DNA of 64,000 bases from Laetmonice hystrix (lineage: Eukaryota). A program made the position numbers and the translations under genes. Below are positions 62,797 to 64,000 of the stretch, piece by piece. The notes beneath the pieces were generated by a model. The model did not search any database. It saw only the letters and a list, made by a program, of their open reading frames with translations, and was not told the DNA's origin. Each line of letters begins with the position of its first letter. Positions within the stretch are counted from its first letter, which is position 1. The stretch lies in contig OZ249436.1 in NCBI GenBank assembly GCA_965235115.1, positions 18,602,001-18,666,000 of the forward strand. The letters run 5' to 3'.

Positions 62797-64000
62797 AAAC
62801 GTGTTTGGGACATTAAGGGCCATTTTTGTAAGGTTAGCCTATATTGGGAATTTCCAAGATCTACCATAGCGTTATGATCAGGCAAGGGTCTAGCCTAAAA
62901 CTGACCCTTCATTTGACCGCCGTACTGTACATTCCGCTCAGCCACCTCCCCAGCTTGGAGCCATCACTGACCGGGACTTGGACGCAGCAAGTCCCGTCAG
63001 CAAGCAGTTGGCCTGCCGGTGTCCTGCCGCGATATGGCCGCGCACTGAACAATTTAACTGGGATAAATCCAGTTAGTTTGACCGGAGTTTTCAATTTTGG
63101 GCACAGAAAACGTATAAAGTACATAATAAGTAAGGCCAATAAGACTTAGGTTGGGTCATAAAATACAATTTAAATACACAATCGTTTAAAGTATGATTGC
63201 TCCGCGCACGACAACCAACGCCATAATCTATTTTGAGCTTTGCACGCCTAAAATTCGAATCTATAAACATGTCAATTGGACTTTTAACAGTCACAATACA
63301 AGAACAAAAATTCTCGAAGACATTTCTTTTTTGGGGTGTGATGCCAATGAGTTAAGAGTGATAAATTCAAAACAAAACATGCTCATGTTTCAGACATGCC
63401 AAGACGTTCGAAGCAACAGAGAGCTGCAAAGAAAAGGGCAGCGCGAAGACCCCTAGAGGTAACAGTATACAACTATTCTGGCTTCACTTAACCATTTAAA
63501 GCAGTGATATACAGGTCAGACTTATATTTAGCAGTACTTGTATTTATCAGGGATGAAACTTCCAAAATAGTGGGTTTCCACTTGTTTATCCCCAGGAGTC
63601 CTGTATATGTCTCTCCTCGCACATAAATTTTTCTGCCCTTTTCCGGTTAGCCCCTATCGGTGAATTACCGTAAAAGATCATGTACAGTCAGACCCCTTTA
63701 AATAGTCCCTCTAATGCTAAATCCATGGATATTTGGATGGTGAACCTAGAGAAGAGTTTTTGGTCCATTTTGTTATCATTAACCGGAATGACCCATTTTC
63801 CGGGTCCAGATGGAATTAATTATGAACATTTGTCGTCACGTTTGTGTCATTAAACTGGACGGCCGACCTTTGAATTACCATTGGTGTCTCGGGCAAGCCA
63901 GGGTGTGAATGGGCAACACCTATTGTGTGTATGAAGCACAGGAGCTTACTACCTTGCATTTCAAACAAAATGAACTCTCTTTGAGCTTAAACGAATTTTC

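Larger units (their letters stand above)
48203..62918 (+). mobile_element. Nested cluster of Helentron-associated non-autonomous (HINE/DINE-1-like) elements
   Basis: Seven heads TTATCCCATCCCC-loop-GGGGATGGGA at 48203, 48264, 48326, 48398, 55395, 55463, 60713; five tails GGGGATGGGAT + small hairpin + CTAG|TT ending 50626, 55385, 57718, 59291, 60709; (TAT)n and (GTA)n microsatellites; internal tandem repeats; no TSDs. Confidence 0.88.

Noticed and set aside
62919..63150. GC-rich exon-like segment after the cluster breakpoint
   Set aside because: No recognisable protein in any frame and no donor site; cannot be supported as a gene or captured exon.

Overview
Repeat-rich animal (invertebrate-type) genomic DNA; the species cannot be determined from this window. 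The only host gene I can support is a complete 12-exon MAP2K4 (MKK4/SEK1, JNK/p38 kinase kinase) on the minus strand: CDS 45854 to 7095, 1119 nt, 372 aa, all GT-AG introns with consistent phases. Downstream of it lie a decayed DIRS-type retroelement and a pogo/Tigger transposase remnant that carries a spliceosomal intron. The introns hold many non-autonomous DNA transposons, including a 2.3-kb foldback element, an IR/DR Tc1-type element and CAG-ended elements with 5- and 6-bp target duplications. Upstream are a 334-bp tandem array of tRNA-like Pol III promoter units and a ~14.7-kb cluster (48203-62918) of Helentron-associated (HINE/DINE-1-like) elements. The cluster is the most unusual feature: seven 5' heads and five 3' tails parse as nested brackets, each element sitting in the (TAT)n tract just behind another element's head, and one subfamily carries an internal ~146-bp satellite. 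All coordinates were read by eye, and transposon superfamily names rest on terminal signatures only, not on database searches.
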